From Lama glama (taxonomy: Eukaryota), in contig CM052818.1 in assembly GCA_028534125.1 (NCBI GenBank), positions 27,840,001 through 27,904,000 of the forward strand: a stretch of 64,000 nt of DNA. The letters are read 5' to 3'. Within the stretch, counting starts at the first letter, position 1. Each line of letters opens with the position of its first letter. A model generated the notes under the pieces. It was not told the origin of the DNA, ran no database searches, and worked only from the letters and a program-made list of their open reading frames with translations. Below are positions 12,047-25,490 of this stretch, in pieces. The position numbers were made by a program, and so were the translations under genes.

Positions 12047-13449
12047 ATGAAAATATCCAACCTCATCTACCTCCTCCTTACCCATTTCTGTTGTAATCAA
12101 TTTGGTGTTCTCTGTGGGGTCAGAGAAGTCAAGGAACAACTGCTTTGTCCCCTTTCTCTTTGATGAAAGTCTGAAAGAATAAACAGAAATCAGTAAAAAC
12201 AGTTACGTGCTTAGTAGAAAGATTAGATGGGGATGGTTAGGAGCAAGCCTTCTCAGGGTACATACATTGTTTAAAACAGCATTTTGATATCTGAAAGAGG
12301 AAAAAAGATGGGCAGGGAGAGTGTCTACTGCTGACTCCAGGTGTAACTGTTATTTACCCAACACAGAGCAGACAGGTTTTTTCCTGACTGGGATGTCATG
12401 TGTCCTGGTGAAGTTTTGTTTATGTTTTTGGTTTTTCTGGAGTTGTTGGGGGAAGGCTTTTGTGAGCAGAAAATAAATGAACGATTGTTACTTGAGATTT
12501 TAAGTTAGAATTAATTTTTATTAAAGGAATAGTTTAAAACCTGTTTTTTCTTACACCTTTAAATTCAGTGTCCACATGTGATTATACTATTTGTTAATCT
12601 AGTAAACTTTAAGGATCACTATGAGGTGGTAATAATTTTCAATCAGTTCAAACTGAAATGAATAAACTTAGTCAGGCTCGTTTTAAACTTAGTCCATTAA
12701 ATTCCACTGAACCTTTAAAAAATATGTTTTAATTCTTTCATCCTTCGATTTTACAAAGTGCAAAGTAAATTTGATCATCTGGATACCTAAGGCTTGCCGG
12801 GGTTGAGAGATACAGTCTCACTAAGGAAATAGCTATACTATTCCGGGTAAGTTGGAGCTTCCCATCCCATGAGAACTAGGACAGCTTGTTGACTAGAGGG
12901 CTTTCTGCTTGGATGCTGAATAAACCCAGTTCATCTTGCACCACTGAGACAATGTGCATTCTTGATTCTAGTTGCTTGTACAATAGGCATTCTTAGTCTA
13001 AACGGTTTAGATTCAGTTGGTTTCTGTTGGGTTTTCATCCCATCCACCAAATATTTTTCATGAGTTGAGTTTTCAACATCTCTGAGAGGTAGCAGATAAC
13101 TTCCTTTAACCAGTCTTTCTCTGATTAATAAATGCAAGATTATTTTTATATTCTTCTTCTATGACTGGCCACAGCAATTTTGTGGATATTAAAAAAAGAC
13201 CTCTTATTGGATTCTGCATATCTCCCATGATTTGGTCTGTAAGACCACAACTTCTAAGATCTCATAATTACATCATCGATTTACACATACTTCTTCATAG
13301 GCTAGTGTTTGTAATTCACTGGAGAAATCTACCACAGCCTCAGCCAGTGTGGAAACCCAAGAGTCCAAGATTCTAAAATGAAGAGAGAAGACAGGGAAAC
13401 ATAGAGTGTAACCTAATTGCCAGCATCATCTTTGGTCGTTTACCAACGA

Positions 13450-13535
13450 AAGTCTCCTGTTCTTTAACAGTGTAATACCTATCACAGGATGTGTGATAAA
13501 AACTCAGTGAGATCATATGCTTGGAAAGCATAGGG
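13450..13535 (+). mobile_element. MIR fragment
   Basis: taatacctatcacaggatgtgtgataaaactcagtgagatcatatgcttggaaagc. Confidence 0.55.
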
Positions 13536-14651
13536 ATTTCTTTTTTCTTTTTTCTTTTTTTACAAATAAAGGTCAGGAAGCCTATGATTACCATATTTAT
13601 GTTTTTCATCATTTAAATTAAAAAAATAATAATTCTTTTATGAGTAAACTAATGATGTAGATTTTGTTTTTAAGAGATTTATTATGAATGAAAGAAAGAT
13701 TGCATAGAAAACCCCATACAAAAAGAGGAGTCCTTCGAATTTTGTGAGTGAGTATATATCACAGAAGGAAATGGTCTTGGGTAATAAAACAACCCAACTC
13801 TGGTGTATAGACTGTGTGACACAAAATATGTATTGCTTCTGAAGTAAATTAAATATGACTTAGGAGAATGAGCTAAAGAGACAATTTCTGGGACCGAGAG
13901 GCTAGAACCTTTTACAATAAATAAAATAAATCCTAACAAGTGCTCTTTTTTCCCCCTTTCAGGCCTTTCCTATTAAAGTGATAAATGCTTACAAAACAGA
14001 TACTCAGCTATATAGCCAAACAGATTGAATAGGACTGAGGGACATTTCATAACAGTAATTTTGATTCTTCAAACTTTTGGAAACAAAACTACTTTGGGAT
14101 AAATAATGAAATTCTAAGGCAGAATAGCATATGATGAAAAACATTTTAAATCTGTGATTTCTTTTTGAAGTTGTATCTTTTGGGATGCTCACTGTGAATC
14201 TCAAGAACGAGCTGAATTTACAGCTACAAATCAAATGTTCAGAAGTCCTTGGCTGTCTGAGCCTGGCTGCCCTCACCCAGCCAGCTGGGCTATAAAACAC
14301 CTGGGCTGATTCTGTTTATTCTGAGGGGAGGAGCAAAATTCTGCAAAATAACACAGGAAGAGACTTCCCTAGGCAAAACTGATGTATTCAGAATTTTTTA
14401 TCCTCTCATTGTCCTTGTGGCATCTGTTCTTTCTCAGCCTCCTATGCATTCCCAGTGCCCCCACGATCAGAGACTATAGTGATGGTTCTTTATTATAGCA
14501 TCACTTCATCAACCCATTGCTTTATTAAAGGATTTGTCAGTGCCACCATCCATATAAATCTGTTGGTCATCTGTGCCACTCTCCCCTTACTCTGCTTTTT
14601 AGGTGAAAATAGGTTTTAATAAATTGATCATATGTAAGGGTAATCTATCAG

Positions 14652-15026
14652 TGTCTTAGTCAGTTTGGGCTGCTAAACAAAATACCATATACGGGGTGGC
14701 TTAAATAACAGAAATTTATTTCTCATAATTCTGGAGGCTGGAAGTCTAAGATCAGGATGCTGGCATGGTCTGGTTCTGGTAAGAGCCCACTTCCTGGCTT
14801 GCAGATGACTGCTTTCTTGCTATATCCTTATATGGCAGAGAGAGAGAGACAGAGAAAGTACACATTTCAGTCTCTTCCTCCTCTTATAAGGATACGATCC
14901 CGTCATCTCACGGTCTTATCTAACCCTAATTATCTTCTGAAAGTCCCACCTCCAAATAGCATCACACTTGGGATTAGAGTTTCAATATGTGAATTTTCGT
15001 GGGCCACAAACATTCAATCCATAGCA
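14652..15026 (-). mobile_element. MLT1A/MLT1A0 MaLR solo LTR
   Basis: tgtcttagtcagtttgggctgcta...acaaacattcaatccatagca. Perfect 5-bp TSD atcag (14647-14651 / 15027-15031). Confidence 0.93.
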
Positions 15027-16372
15027 ATCAGTGTATGAGTTTTCATTTTCTGAAGCCACCTATTAAAGTCTCTCTAGGAAGTTGTCATAGCAGTATAATA
15101 GGTAGAGGTAGAGAAATGAGTAAGTAAGGGAGATAGTTTAGCAGATCTTTAGCTCCCTTCTAAATGTTTTTACCATTTGGAAGACATTCACCTGTCTGGA
15201 GCTGGTCCAGGATATGTAGGGTTCAGTTATAAAGGCATGACATCTTTTTTCCATCTCATAAACAAAGGAAGTGTTCTGATCTGTTTGTCCTTGTGCTCAG
15301 CTATACTAGCAGAGAGCTGTAGCAGGTGAGTGCTTCTAATAGACTACACCCCTGCACATCCCAGCCAGAAGTCAGCAATTCGGCTTCTAAAGAGCTAAAC
15401 ACTGCCACTGTATGAGGACGTTTCTTAAAGAGTGTGGATGCTTTTTTAATGTAGGCATAAGGGAGTGAGAAAGAGGATCTGGAGGATACAACATAAGGAA
15501 CCAGGAAGTGAGTGCCAGGAACCATCTGAGCAGTGGGCAGGAGATTAGACTGGTAGGACTGGGGAAGGTAGGAGTCAGCCGCGGGAGAGGCAAGCTGAAC
15601 AAGCAGCTCCAGCAGGTTGTCTGGTACCCACAGCAGAAAGCGGCAGGGGTCAGGAAACTGGAATAAAGCTGCCAAGCAAGGAAAGGGAGAAGGCAAGCCC
15701 GAAGCTAGTCTGAAGTCTCAAAGAAGGGGTCTGGAGATTTAGTGGGGATGGAAAAGTCAGGAGATGAGCAAGTAGGGTAGTAAGAACGTGAGCCAGAGCT
15801 GAGGAGAGGGATTTATTTAACTGATTTCCCAGGTCATTGTCTTGGCAGGAGGCAGTACGCAGTGGTAGGAGAAAGGACACTAGGTGTCTCCAGGCTGAGG
15901 GGGGCATTCAGAGGACAGCTGCTGGGAGGTAAACCCTGGTGTTCTGTGTAGCTAAATCAGAGGTGACCTCATATCCCTTCCACCAATTATTAGTTGCCAC
16001 AAACACTGCCTAAAGGAGTGCTGCGTGATCAGGACATTCTGCCAGACTAGAGACAAATATGAGCAGTGTCCCATGGAACTGCCCATTTCTGAGAATCAGA
16101 ATCTCAGAGTTGGAAGGACCTGTGCCAGCAGCAGCTCTACTCAACTGAGATTGTCCTACTGACTTCCTGAAAGCTTTCCTTCCTAGAAGATAAGACCTCA
16201 GAGCCCGCTGGAAGAATCCTGATCCTTATTTCTTTGTCTTTAGTATTGCTCTTTACCCACAACATCCTAAAAGAAGAAAAGGAGTTATTTTGACTGCCTT
16301 GCAATAGATTTATTACCCAACGTAAGGCAGGGAACCTTTTGCTAGCATTCAGTCCACAGACGTGTTTCCTTA

Positions 16373-16825
16373 CGCATCTGTTTCCTAGGGTTGCCTTAAC
16401 TAAGTACCACAAAGTGGGTAGCTCAGAACAGAAATTTGTTGGCTCACAGTTCTCTAGGCTATGATTCCAAAACCAAGATGATGGCAAGGCCATGCTCCCT
16501 CTGAAACCTGGAGGGTATTTTCCCTTGCCTTTTCCTACCCTCTGGTCATCTGCTGGCAATCTTTGGGATTTCTTGCCTTGTAGATGGACCCCTCCAATTC
16601 TCTGTCTTCACATGGTGTTCTCCCTGTATGTCTCTGTCTTCACATGGCCATCTTCTATAAGGACACCAGTCATATTGAATTAGAGGTCCATTTTACTCCA
16701 GGAGGATCTCATCTTAACTGGTTGCATCTGCAAAGAACCTATTTCCCAGAAAGATTACATTCTTAGGTAAAAGGGGTTAGAACTTCAACATACATTTTTG
16801 GGGGGACAAAGTTCAATCCATAACA
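16373..16825 (-). mobile_element. MLT1C-like MaLR solo LTR
   Basis: gtttcctagggttgcc...ataaggacaccagtcatattg...gggggacaaagttcaatccataaca. TSD cctta/cttta. Confidence 0.9.
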
Positions 16826-17252
16826 CTTTACATGAGAATTTTATGGCTATATGTGAAAGCACTCTGGTTTCAGCCCTAGTGTCACCAACACTACAATTGA
16901 ATTGCATGAATTGAGGATAAAAAGAACTAATTTAATTTTTACAGAATTTTTCTCCAGTGTCAACTGAAGTCATTTTACAATAGTAGGATACATGGCCTCC
17001 TCTTACTGTTCACCCTGAATCCATAGTGAAGAAATATCTCACCAGCCTCCTTCTGTTAGAGACAATAATAGTGCATACTTCTCAGTCCAGGAGAGTTACT
17101 CAGTACTACAAAAGGGAATATGATTTAAGGATGATTTTCAGATTTCTCCAATTTGCTGCCCTGAGAAGTTTTAGTTCTAATTTTAGTTTAAAAATATCTA
17201 GCACTGGTCTCAAGGGTCAGGGTCAAATGGGAGATGGGCCATGGTGGTGCTC

Positions 17253-17606
17253 TGTTAAGGGCTGGCTGAATGTGTCCCCCCAAAATTCATATGTTGAAGT
17301 CCTCACTCACAGTATGATGGTTTTGGAGGATGGAGTCTTTGGGAGATACCTAAGTTTGGAATAGGTCTTAGAAGGTGGGGCCTTTATAAGGAGAGACATG
17401 AGAGAATTTGCTTGCTCTCTCTCTGCATGTGAGAATGCAGTGAGAAAGGCATCTGCAAGTTAGAAAGAGAGCTGTCACCAGAAACCCCCTTACTGGCACC
17501 CTCAGCTTGGACCTCCAACCTCCAGAACTGTGAGAAGATACATTTCTGTGGTGTCAGTGACCCAGTCTGTGGTACCATGTGATGGCAGCCCAAGTAGACT
17601 ATGATA
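17253..17606 (+). mobile_element. MLT1A0-like MaLR solo LTR
   Basis: tgtcccccaaaattcatatgttgaagtcct...cctccagaactgtgagaa...gcagcccaagtagacta. TSD tgctc/cgctc. Confidence 0.9.
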
Positions 17607-18872
17607 CGCTCTCTATTCCATGCTACCTCAGCACTATGGAAGCTACTAAATTACAAGTTCCTTGTGGGCAGTAGCTGGCTCTTTTATGCATGGTACATAG
17701 TAGTGCTTTACACAAGCCCCACATTTGTGTTACACTGCAAATGACCCTATTTTAAAGACGAAGAAAGAGAAAGACTTGATGATCCTAAGCTGAACTCAAT
17801 CTCTCTCACAACCTGCCCTCGACCCCACCACCCTGCCCTGTGCCTGGTATCATCTCAGTGCCTTGGACATAACTTTGTTAAACTGAGTACTGATTTATTC
17901 TGTCTGTATAGTTATCACATGCACATTGTGGATAAAAAGGGGACTATGAGGGTTGTCAAGTGAAAATGCTATGGTTAGGGGTTTCCCTCTGGAGCTTACC
18001 TGTAACTGCTGTTATTACAGCTTCATAGATATCCATGTCTCATGAAATTCATAGAGAAAAGCAGAAGGTTGGAATGAGCAGGGGACAGATACCAGCAAGG
18101 GGAGGGGAGAGTCAGGGAGGAGGGAATGAACAGCTCTTGGTGATGGTGATGCAGAGGCAGGTGGGGTATCAAGAGGGAAGAATTGTAATTTCACAGCTTC
18201 ATTATACACGGCAGGGCTTTTGGCTCTGCTGCGGTTCTGTACATTCATCCTCCTGGTTGGTAAAAAACCACAGACAGTTTCGTTCTGGCTTATGAGTGTG
18301 ACGAAACGTTTCCCAGTGTGGACAAGCAAATGGAGGAAGTTTAATCAAGTGGCGATAAGGGTCCTGAAGTACAAATAGGCTCTAACAAATTTAATATTTA
18401 AAAAAATCCATTATCATGCAGGTTACCAATTGCATTCTTAGTTTTTCTTCATTATAAATAATATTCCAAGCCTAAGTATTTAGAGAGAGATTAGTAAGAG
18501 TAACAACACTCTCCTTGCCAGATGCTCACACAGGGTCTTCCTTGGCTATTTCTCTTGAAGCTCACAGAAGAAAGGGTAATTTTAATAGGATCAATGAGTT
18601 CTGGGAAGGAAAGTCTAAAGTTAGCTCTTGCACAGTCTTTGGAAATTGGGTGAATGGTTCATATTCTGGGGAAGCTGCGTAAGTTGGTAGTGACTCTGTT
18701 CTTGAGTGTCAGTGCTTATAAATCATGCTGATAGGTATCCTTGGGCGACACGGAGGGATGAGGACTGTTCCACCCATCTGAGAATTTACAGTCTCCAGGT
18801 GGCTGGGATAATTTAGAATGAGTAGAGCTGGGAAGACTTCTTTTAAGTGGAAAATATTGAGGACTATTGAGG

Positions 18873-19030
18873 AGAGTGGTTCACTAAACATAATGTGCCT
18901 GTGGACCACTCAGGTAAGTTGTGAATTTCTGGGACCTACTCCAGACTCTAATTCTGTATATTTGGGGAGAACATTTTTATAATTATCTCTGGTTGTTCTA
19001 ATGCAGATGAACACAGTCAAGAATTGTTGG
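18873..19030. mobile_element. MER5-family (MER5A/B) DNA transposon
   Basis: agtggttc...tttctgggacctactccagact...tctctggttgttctaatgca...gaattgttg. Confidence 0.55.
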
Positions 19031-19454
19031 CTTAGAAAAAGAAGAATTTTATGGTTTGGCTGTAAGAGGCCATTCTCAGTACAAAAAAAAATTGGCATAA
19101 AATGAAAGCAAGCATGGGGCACCAAAATTTGCTAGGCTAGAGAGATAGAAGAAAATTGCAGTGGGATAGGTTAAAAAACTTAAACACAGACACCATGATA
19201 TAGAATTTAGAATACCTTTTTAAAATCCAAAATTCTTTACAGCCTCCTGTTTTTTTCAACAGCTTCCTTAACTTCAGCCCATAAGTAACAATTTTTAAAA
19301 TATTCAAATGTTATTTATTTTTACAGTTTTTCAATTTTATTGTTAAAAATACACATAGTTATTTTGCAAAACTTAACCTTACAGAACTAAAACAATACCT
19401 TTTCAAGCATTGTCAGCTGCTAGATCGTTCTGGAGGTAACTATATTGCATTTAA

Positions 19455-20252
19455 AAAATCATTTTATTAAAGAACGATTGAGATACAAAATGCTTCACAT
19501 ATTTAATGTATATTTAATCACATATTTGATGAGTTTGGAGATAAATATACAGCTATGAAACCATCACCACAATCTATGCCATAAATACATCCATCTTCTC
19601 CAAAAATTTCCTACTACCCTCTTTATTATTATTTTGTGATAAGAACACTTAACATAAAACCTAGCCTCTTAGAAAAATTTTAAGGATATATGATGTTTAA
19701 GGATATATGATGTGTCAACTTGACTGGCCAATACCCAGATAGATTAAAATATTTCTGGGTGTGTCTATCAGGATTTTTATGGAAGAGATTATCATTTGAA
19801 CCTGTAGAATGAGTAAAGAAGATTGCCAGTGCAAGTGGACATTGTCTAATTCATTTAAGACCTAAGGAGGACAAAAAGATGGAGGAGGGATGAATTTGCT
19901 CTTTTTGCTTAAGTTGGAACATACATCTTCTCCTGGCCTTGGATGTTGGCATTCCTTTTTCTCAGGCCTTCATACTCAGATTGGACTTAAACTGTTGGCT
20001 CCCCTGGTTCTCAAGCCTTCAGACTCAGACTGAATTATACCACTGGCTTCCCTGTTTGTCCAGCTTCAGCTGTTAGATCGTGGGACTTCTCTCTCCATGA
20101 TGACAATGACATTTCTCATCTTTCTCTCCCCCCCCGCCCCACACACACATTATTTCTCTGGAGAACCTAGTAAGATACAATGCAGTATTGTCACCTGTAG
20201 GTACCATGATGTACAGTAGACCTTTAGGGCTTACCTTGCATAACTAAAATTT
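19455..20252 (-). mobile_element. L1MB/L1MA-type 3' end, split by an MLT2 LTR
   Basis: ccatcaccacaatc...gataagaacacttaacat... on the left. Resumes at 20180 with atgcagtattg...tgtacagtagacct...cttgcataactaaaa. Confidence 0.82.
19691..20179 (+). mobile_element. MLT2B-like ERVL solo LTR
   Basis: atgtgtcaacttgactgg...gagtaaagaagattg...cttcagactcagactgaattataccactggctt...tttctctggagaacc. Confidence 0.88.
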
Positions 20253-20459
20253 CATTAATTGCTATTTTAATATAATCACTGCTACTACCATGATTGTTCT
20301 GCTGGCTAGTTTAATGCTTTTGAAATCAGAGACTTGCTTTTCTTCTTAACCCCACAAGGGACAATAGTCATCAAACATTTGCTGATTATCTGGCTGGGAA
20401 ATATGGCACATATGCATGAAGCTGACACACTTCTACAGATTTAACCAAAGTTACCATTT

Positions 20460-21530
20460 GCTTCGTTGTTTTTTATTATCTGTGTTATTTGTCTTTCCTT
20501 GCATATTTTTCATCCCCTAATTTATTGGGCTACATTCTGGATGATTTCCCCAGGTATTTACAAATTTATAAATTTTCCTTTCATTTATGTTTAGTCTCCA
20601 TTTATGCATCTATTGGATGTTATAAATTTTTGGAGAGTAAATGTTATTTATATTTAACTATCTATATTAATTCTTCTTCAAATTGGTTTGTTCTTCTTTC
20701 CCATAATGTTACATACTTGTTTCATGCATTCTTTCCTTTTTTACTTTTTTGATTATTTAAAATCTATTTTAAGGTCCTTTGAACATGCTCTGTTTCCTTC
20801 AACTTGTCAGATACGGATTCCTTGATTTTGTTGTATTTTCTTCCTATTGTATATGATGGTGGTTCCTTACATCCTTGGACATTTTGCTGGGTTCGTCCTT
20901 AGTGGGTTAGTCTTCCATGGGAATCCCGCATATGCCTTGAATCAGGTAGGCACCTTGATGGGATGATTCAGGATGTCCTATCAGACTCACTGATCATAGA
21001 CCAATTCTTCAGTTAGTTTTTGGTTCAGGATATCTTCCATCATTTTGATAGTCTTGGTCACCTTGGTCACCTTGCCCATGTTGGGCACAGAGTAAGGACT
21101 CCAGTTTTATTCAGAACCCAGATTGACTTGCTCATCTCAAACACAACCCTGGGCCTCTGGATGCAGTTTTTTTCTGGTCCCACCTTACAGACTATGAAAT
21201 TCTTTCTCATTCATAGATTTAGGTAAAAATCCCTGCTTCAGCATAGGGCCTCATGGCTATAAGTCCTGTCTCTGCCCACACATTAGAATTCTAGCCTCTA
21301 GTATCTGATCGTGATATCCCTTTGGGTGGTGAAGAATTTCACTCTTGCTTAGCATTTTTTATGATTTCCCTCATTTATGACTTTTCCTAAGGAAAATTTT
21401 CCCTTTCTCCTTTTATGGTCAGCTACCTTTTTCAGATTTCTAAAGGTTATTTCATCCAATCGTACTACGTATTTGTAGCAAGGTGAAGAGATGTCTACAT
21501 CTACTTAGACCACCATCTTGTCTGGAAGAT
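20460..21530 (-). mobile_element. Very old L1/HAL1-like 5' region
   Basis: T-rich decayed LINE-like sequence ending ...gaccaccatcttgtctggaag, a pattern typical of old L1ME/HAL1 5' ends. Confidence 0.5.
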
Positions 21531-22574
21531 CTGGAGAATTTTATCATTATTCGCATTTTGTGATGAACATAGGGGAGGTTTGGGCCAGCTGAGCCACATT
21601 GAAAGAGCAAAACTGATATTACTAAAGCACATTTTATATTTGCCAGTAGGTGAATTTAGGTGAACCAAAGGAAGTCACATAGGAAGTTGGGGATGAGGAG
21701 GGTGGTCAGGAATGATAAACGTAGGTTATAAGAGTTGTCAAACTATTAGATACAGACTCAGATATATTCAAGGGACAGGCTAGAAACAACAGGCAGTCAC
21801 AATATTGTAATACAAAAGGGGTGGTGAGAAGATTCTGACCGGAACAGGCATGCTCTGTTAATCGTCTTCAAATTCTAAACCTTTCAAGTAACTTAGTGGC
21901 AAAAACCACATCTGCTGACTAAATTCAGATTGTCTGCTGTTTTGCCACCTGTAGTTAAGTAATTTAAAGTTTGTCTTTTAAGCAGTGGGGGTAGATAGTA
22001 CAAAGTCTCTCCTTTGAAGTCCACTTCATTATTCTTAGTATAGCTGATTTTTGTAACACATATTCAAAGTTTAGTTTGCATTCCGTGAGCACAGATGAAA
22101 TAAGTGTTGGGGGGGATGCCAAACATACACTAAACGATATGAGATACCATATTAAAATGACCCTTTTACAATATGGGTAATATACTCATAAATTTTGAAA
22201 AAAGTCTCTATTGTGATTTGCCGACCATAGGGAATAAACAAACATTGTTTAATATGTAACTAAGTTTCCAAAAGGCAGATTTCTTTTCTCTGGAAAAGAA
22301 CCTCAAGGTCCCAAAGGGGAATAAAGGGAGATAGGAAGATGTTTGCTGATGCCATGGACTTCTTTGCAAATGGAAAGCTGGTCTAGGACGAGATACCCGG
22401 AATAATACAGGGACAGACCTGATGAAGTGTGATCAAAGTTGGGTACAAGAGGGTGGGAGTGTTGATTAGCTTTCTTCTTTTCTCCTCCTCCTCCTCCTCC
22501 TTCTTGGCAATGTGACCATTTGGATCTTTCCCAGCCTTTGTAAGGTCAGACTTTTTCAGCCTGTTGTCCTAGGG

Positions 22575-22760
22575 TGGTGGTTTTCTAAGTGTGCGCTCTA
22601 GACCAGCAGCACAGCATCGCCTGGGAACTTGTTAGAACAACAAATACTCAGTTTCTCTCTGAGTCACTGAATCAGAAGCTTTCTGGGTGGAACCCAATGA
22701 TATGGGTTTTAGTAAACTCTCCAGGTGATTCTGATGCACCGCCAACATTTAAGAACACTA
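22575..22760 (+). mobile_element. MER5A DNA transposon
   Basis: gaccagcagcacagcatcgcctgggaacttgttagaa...ctgaatcagaa...ctccaggtgattctgatgcac. 8-bp TSD tcctaggg/tccttggg. Confidence 0.92.
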
Positions 22761-22867
22761 TCCTTGGGAAATAAAGTTTATGCAATAGACATTTCTGCAT
22801 CCCTAACTACTATGGTAGATAGAGCCATCAGTATCAGGCAGAACTTAAAAAATATACAATATGGACT

Positions 22868-23060
22868 AATAATAATAAAAAAAAAAGCTGATTCTTACTG
22901 AGTACTTACTATTCTCTAAGTACTTTACATGCATTGACCTACTTAGCCCTCCAGGAACACTATTATTATTCCAATACTATACAGGGGAGAAATCTCAGAA
23001 GCTCAGAAAAGTTAAGTAACTAATCCTAGGCCACACAGTATTAGCTGCTTACCAAAATCC
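22868..23060 (-). mobile_element. MIR SINE
   Basis: ttactgagtacttacta...ctaagtactttacatgcatt...gctcagaaaagttaagtaact...aggccacacag. Confidence 0.8.
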
Positions 23061-23921
23061 AGTCTCAAAAACTGAACTTGGACGTTCTCTAAGTGAGAAT
23101 AAGCTTCTCCTGTGTTTGAACCATAATATATTTTGGGCATCAATTTTTTTTTTTTTTGCTACAGCCTGGGCTACCCTAGCAAATATGTACAAGTAAATAG
23201 CAGGACTTATAGTTTAGCACAAGTAGTTTGAGTTCAGATTCTGTGCTCTAACACAGAGTATTATACATCTTAACATTGTATCACCTGTCTGGAACTGCTG
23301 TAGATGTCAGAAGTCTACTCAAAGGATTTTATCCTGGTTTTTTCCCCTTATATTGTCTAATGATCACTTCCCTAAATTGAGCCCTTCAGTTTGGTGATTT
23401 TATGCAACTTGTAGAGCATCGTGCCCAATACAAGAATTTATTTTCTTTAACTTTATTCAGCAAGTCTTACTCTCAAAATATATTTTTTTGCATTATTTTT
23501 TGAAAATTTCTTATTACTTTGTGAAATTACCGTTTTGCTAAATTCTTGCCTGTCATGTTTACTCAATTCTAAAATCATATTCCTTCCCCACCTCCACCTC
23601 TAGAAAATTATCTTTAGGCTATCTAGGATCCTGATGCCTTTTTTCTCTTACGTCATTTTATGACTTACCTTTTCTGTAAGTCTCTTCTGTCTTCCTTTAT
23701 ATGAAAATATCTCCCATATTATTAATATAGATTTCTATGGCTAATTTCCACTATATTTAGTAGGCTTCCACAAATTTGGTAAAAATTTACATATGTGTAA
23801 AGAATAGAAGCATAAAATTGGCCGTTAATTTCTCTAAGGTAACTTTGGCTGGTAGCACTGAAATATCTATCTGTACGCAGAGTTTGGAATCAACCTGGCG
23901 AACATACCACAGAACAAATAC

Positions 23922-24073
23922 GGAACAGTGGAAATACACTGGACCTGGACAGAGCTAGTCTTGGCATTGCCGTTTAAGAACTGTGTGAGACTTACTAGGG
24001 AACCGCTCTTCATTTGAAAATGACAAACTTAGATGATTCCTAAAGTTCTTTCCGGCAATAAAATTCTGTGTTC
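23922..24073 (+). mobile_element. MIR3-like SINE
   Basis: gtggaaatacactggacctgga...tagatgattcctaaagttctttccggcaataaaattctgtg. Confidence 0.65.
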
Positions 24074-24174
24074 CTCAGTCTAAGCCTGAAGGTTAATTTC
24101 AATGATGTTTCCTGCTGGATCTAATTTCCCAAAAAGAGGCCCTTGATGCTTAAGCTTACAGAATATAAGGTCAG

Positions 24175-24700
24175 TGTATCAGTCAGGGTGAAACCAGTCA
24201 AACGGAACCCCTTCTAAATTGTTTAGTAGAAGGAATTTAATATGAGGGACACATTTAAAAGGCTTGGGAAGAACTGAAAAGGCAATAATATGATGGTACT
24301 CCTAGCACCGGTGGTGGAGGGACAAAGGGAAGATGCGGTTTTACCAGTATCAAGGGGCAGGGCTACCTGGGAAGAGTTGGAATCCCAGGGGTAGAGGCCT
24401 TGCTAAGCCCCTAGGAATCAAGGTGGGAGGAGTCCCTTGAATGAGGTAGAAACATGTTGCAAAGGGCTTCTTAAATGAGCTTGAGCCACAAAGAGATACA
24501 GTCAGTGCCAGAGACAATTCTCAGAGTAGAGCTATGAGAGAAAGTCTATAGCGTCTTTTCTCATTTGTCCTATCTAATCCCCTCTCAGAGCCTCCCATTG
24601 GTCAAATTTAACTAAAAGTCAGTGGATAAAGAATCCTAGCAGATGTAGCTTGCAGGGGTCAGTTCCCTGTGACAAAGAACTTTAAAAGGAGAAGTTTTAA
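24175..24700 (-). mobile_element. Old ERVL LTR (LTR41/LTR16-like)
   Basis: tgtatcagtcagggt...ggaatttaatat...gagggacaaagggaag...gcctcccattggtcaaatttaac...gcaggggtcag. Confidence 0.7.
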
Positions 24701-25347
24701 CTGATTGATTCAGTGAATATAGGGCGTCTATCACAGAATCCCCACTAGCATTTTCAATGAATTTCTTATCCTAAATTCCTTGGCCATTGTTTGATTCTCA
24801 GCTTCAACTCTGATTAATCAGTTACAGCAACTGTAAATCAAAGACATCTGCTCCGGATTATTCCTCCACAGCTCCTGTCACCCTAGTCACCTCCACACCA
24901 AATACTGGTAGGATGCAAATCTTCCATAAAGAGATTCTGAATAAAGAGACTTGTCCTGGAGCCGATCATCAGGAACAGTGCTTATTCTGTGGAAGAGGAG
25001 TATAGACATTCTGTGACAGTAGGAGTAGCTTGTCACTCCATGTCTATAGGCAGAAGCAGGTATTTAAAAAGACATCTAGGGTTGGTCATGGTGGTGCCTT
25101 CCAGCTGAGGGTACCAAGGAGGGGCCTCCCACCCAAGGCTGCAGTAGTGACCAAAAAGCCATGGTACCTCAGCTGAATCAGATCGAGAGGATTCTTTCTT
25201 TTTTCCAACTACCCGCCCACTTCTAATTGGGTCCCAGGGTACTAGAGACTCTTGAAATCATATCCCAGCTCATTCTTCCCTGTGACTCACTTGAACTTGG
25301 TAGCATGATTCTTAACTGACTTAAGTTAAGGACTGACACTCTAGCAT

Positions 25348-25490
25348 AGAGCTTCTCAACTTTGATGCATATAACGTCTCCTGAGATCTGATTCCTGAGA
25401 TGCAGATTCTGATTCAGTAGGTCTGGGCTGGGCTTAGGATTTTGTAGTTTTAGAAATCTCACAGGTGATGTTGATGGTGTTAGCCCATAT
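25348..25490 (-). mobile_element. MER5A DNA transposon
   Basis: cttctcaactttgatgcat...gattctgattcagtaggtctggg...aggtgatgttgatg. Confidence 0.8.

Noticed and set aside
12757..12852. Donor cgg|gtaagt with a short open frame (RLAGVERYSLTKEIAILFR)
   Set aside because: There is an in-frame stop just upstream, no convincing acceptor, and no recognisable protein.
16137..17593. ORFs of 60-140 aa
   Set aside because: They overlap MLT1 LTRs and show no domain similarity.
23660..23700. Strong minus-strand donor aag|gtaagt
   Set aside because: No matching acceptor or credible reading frame was found.
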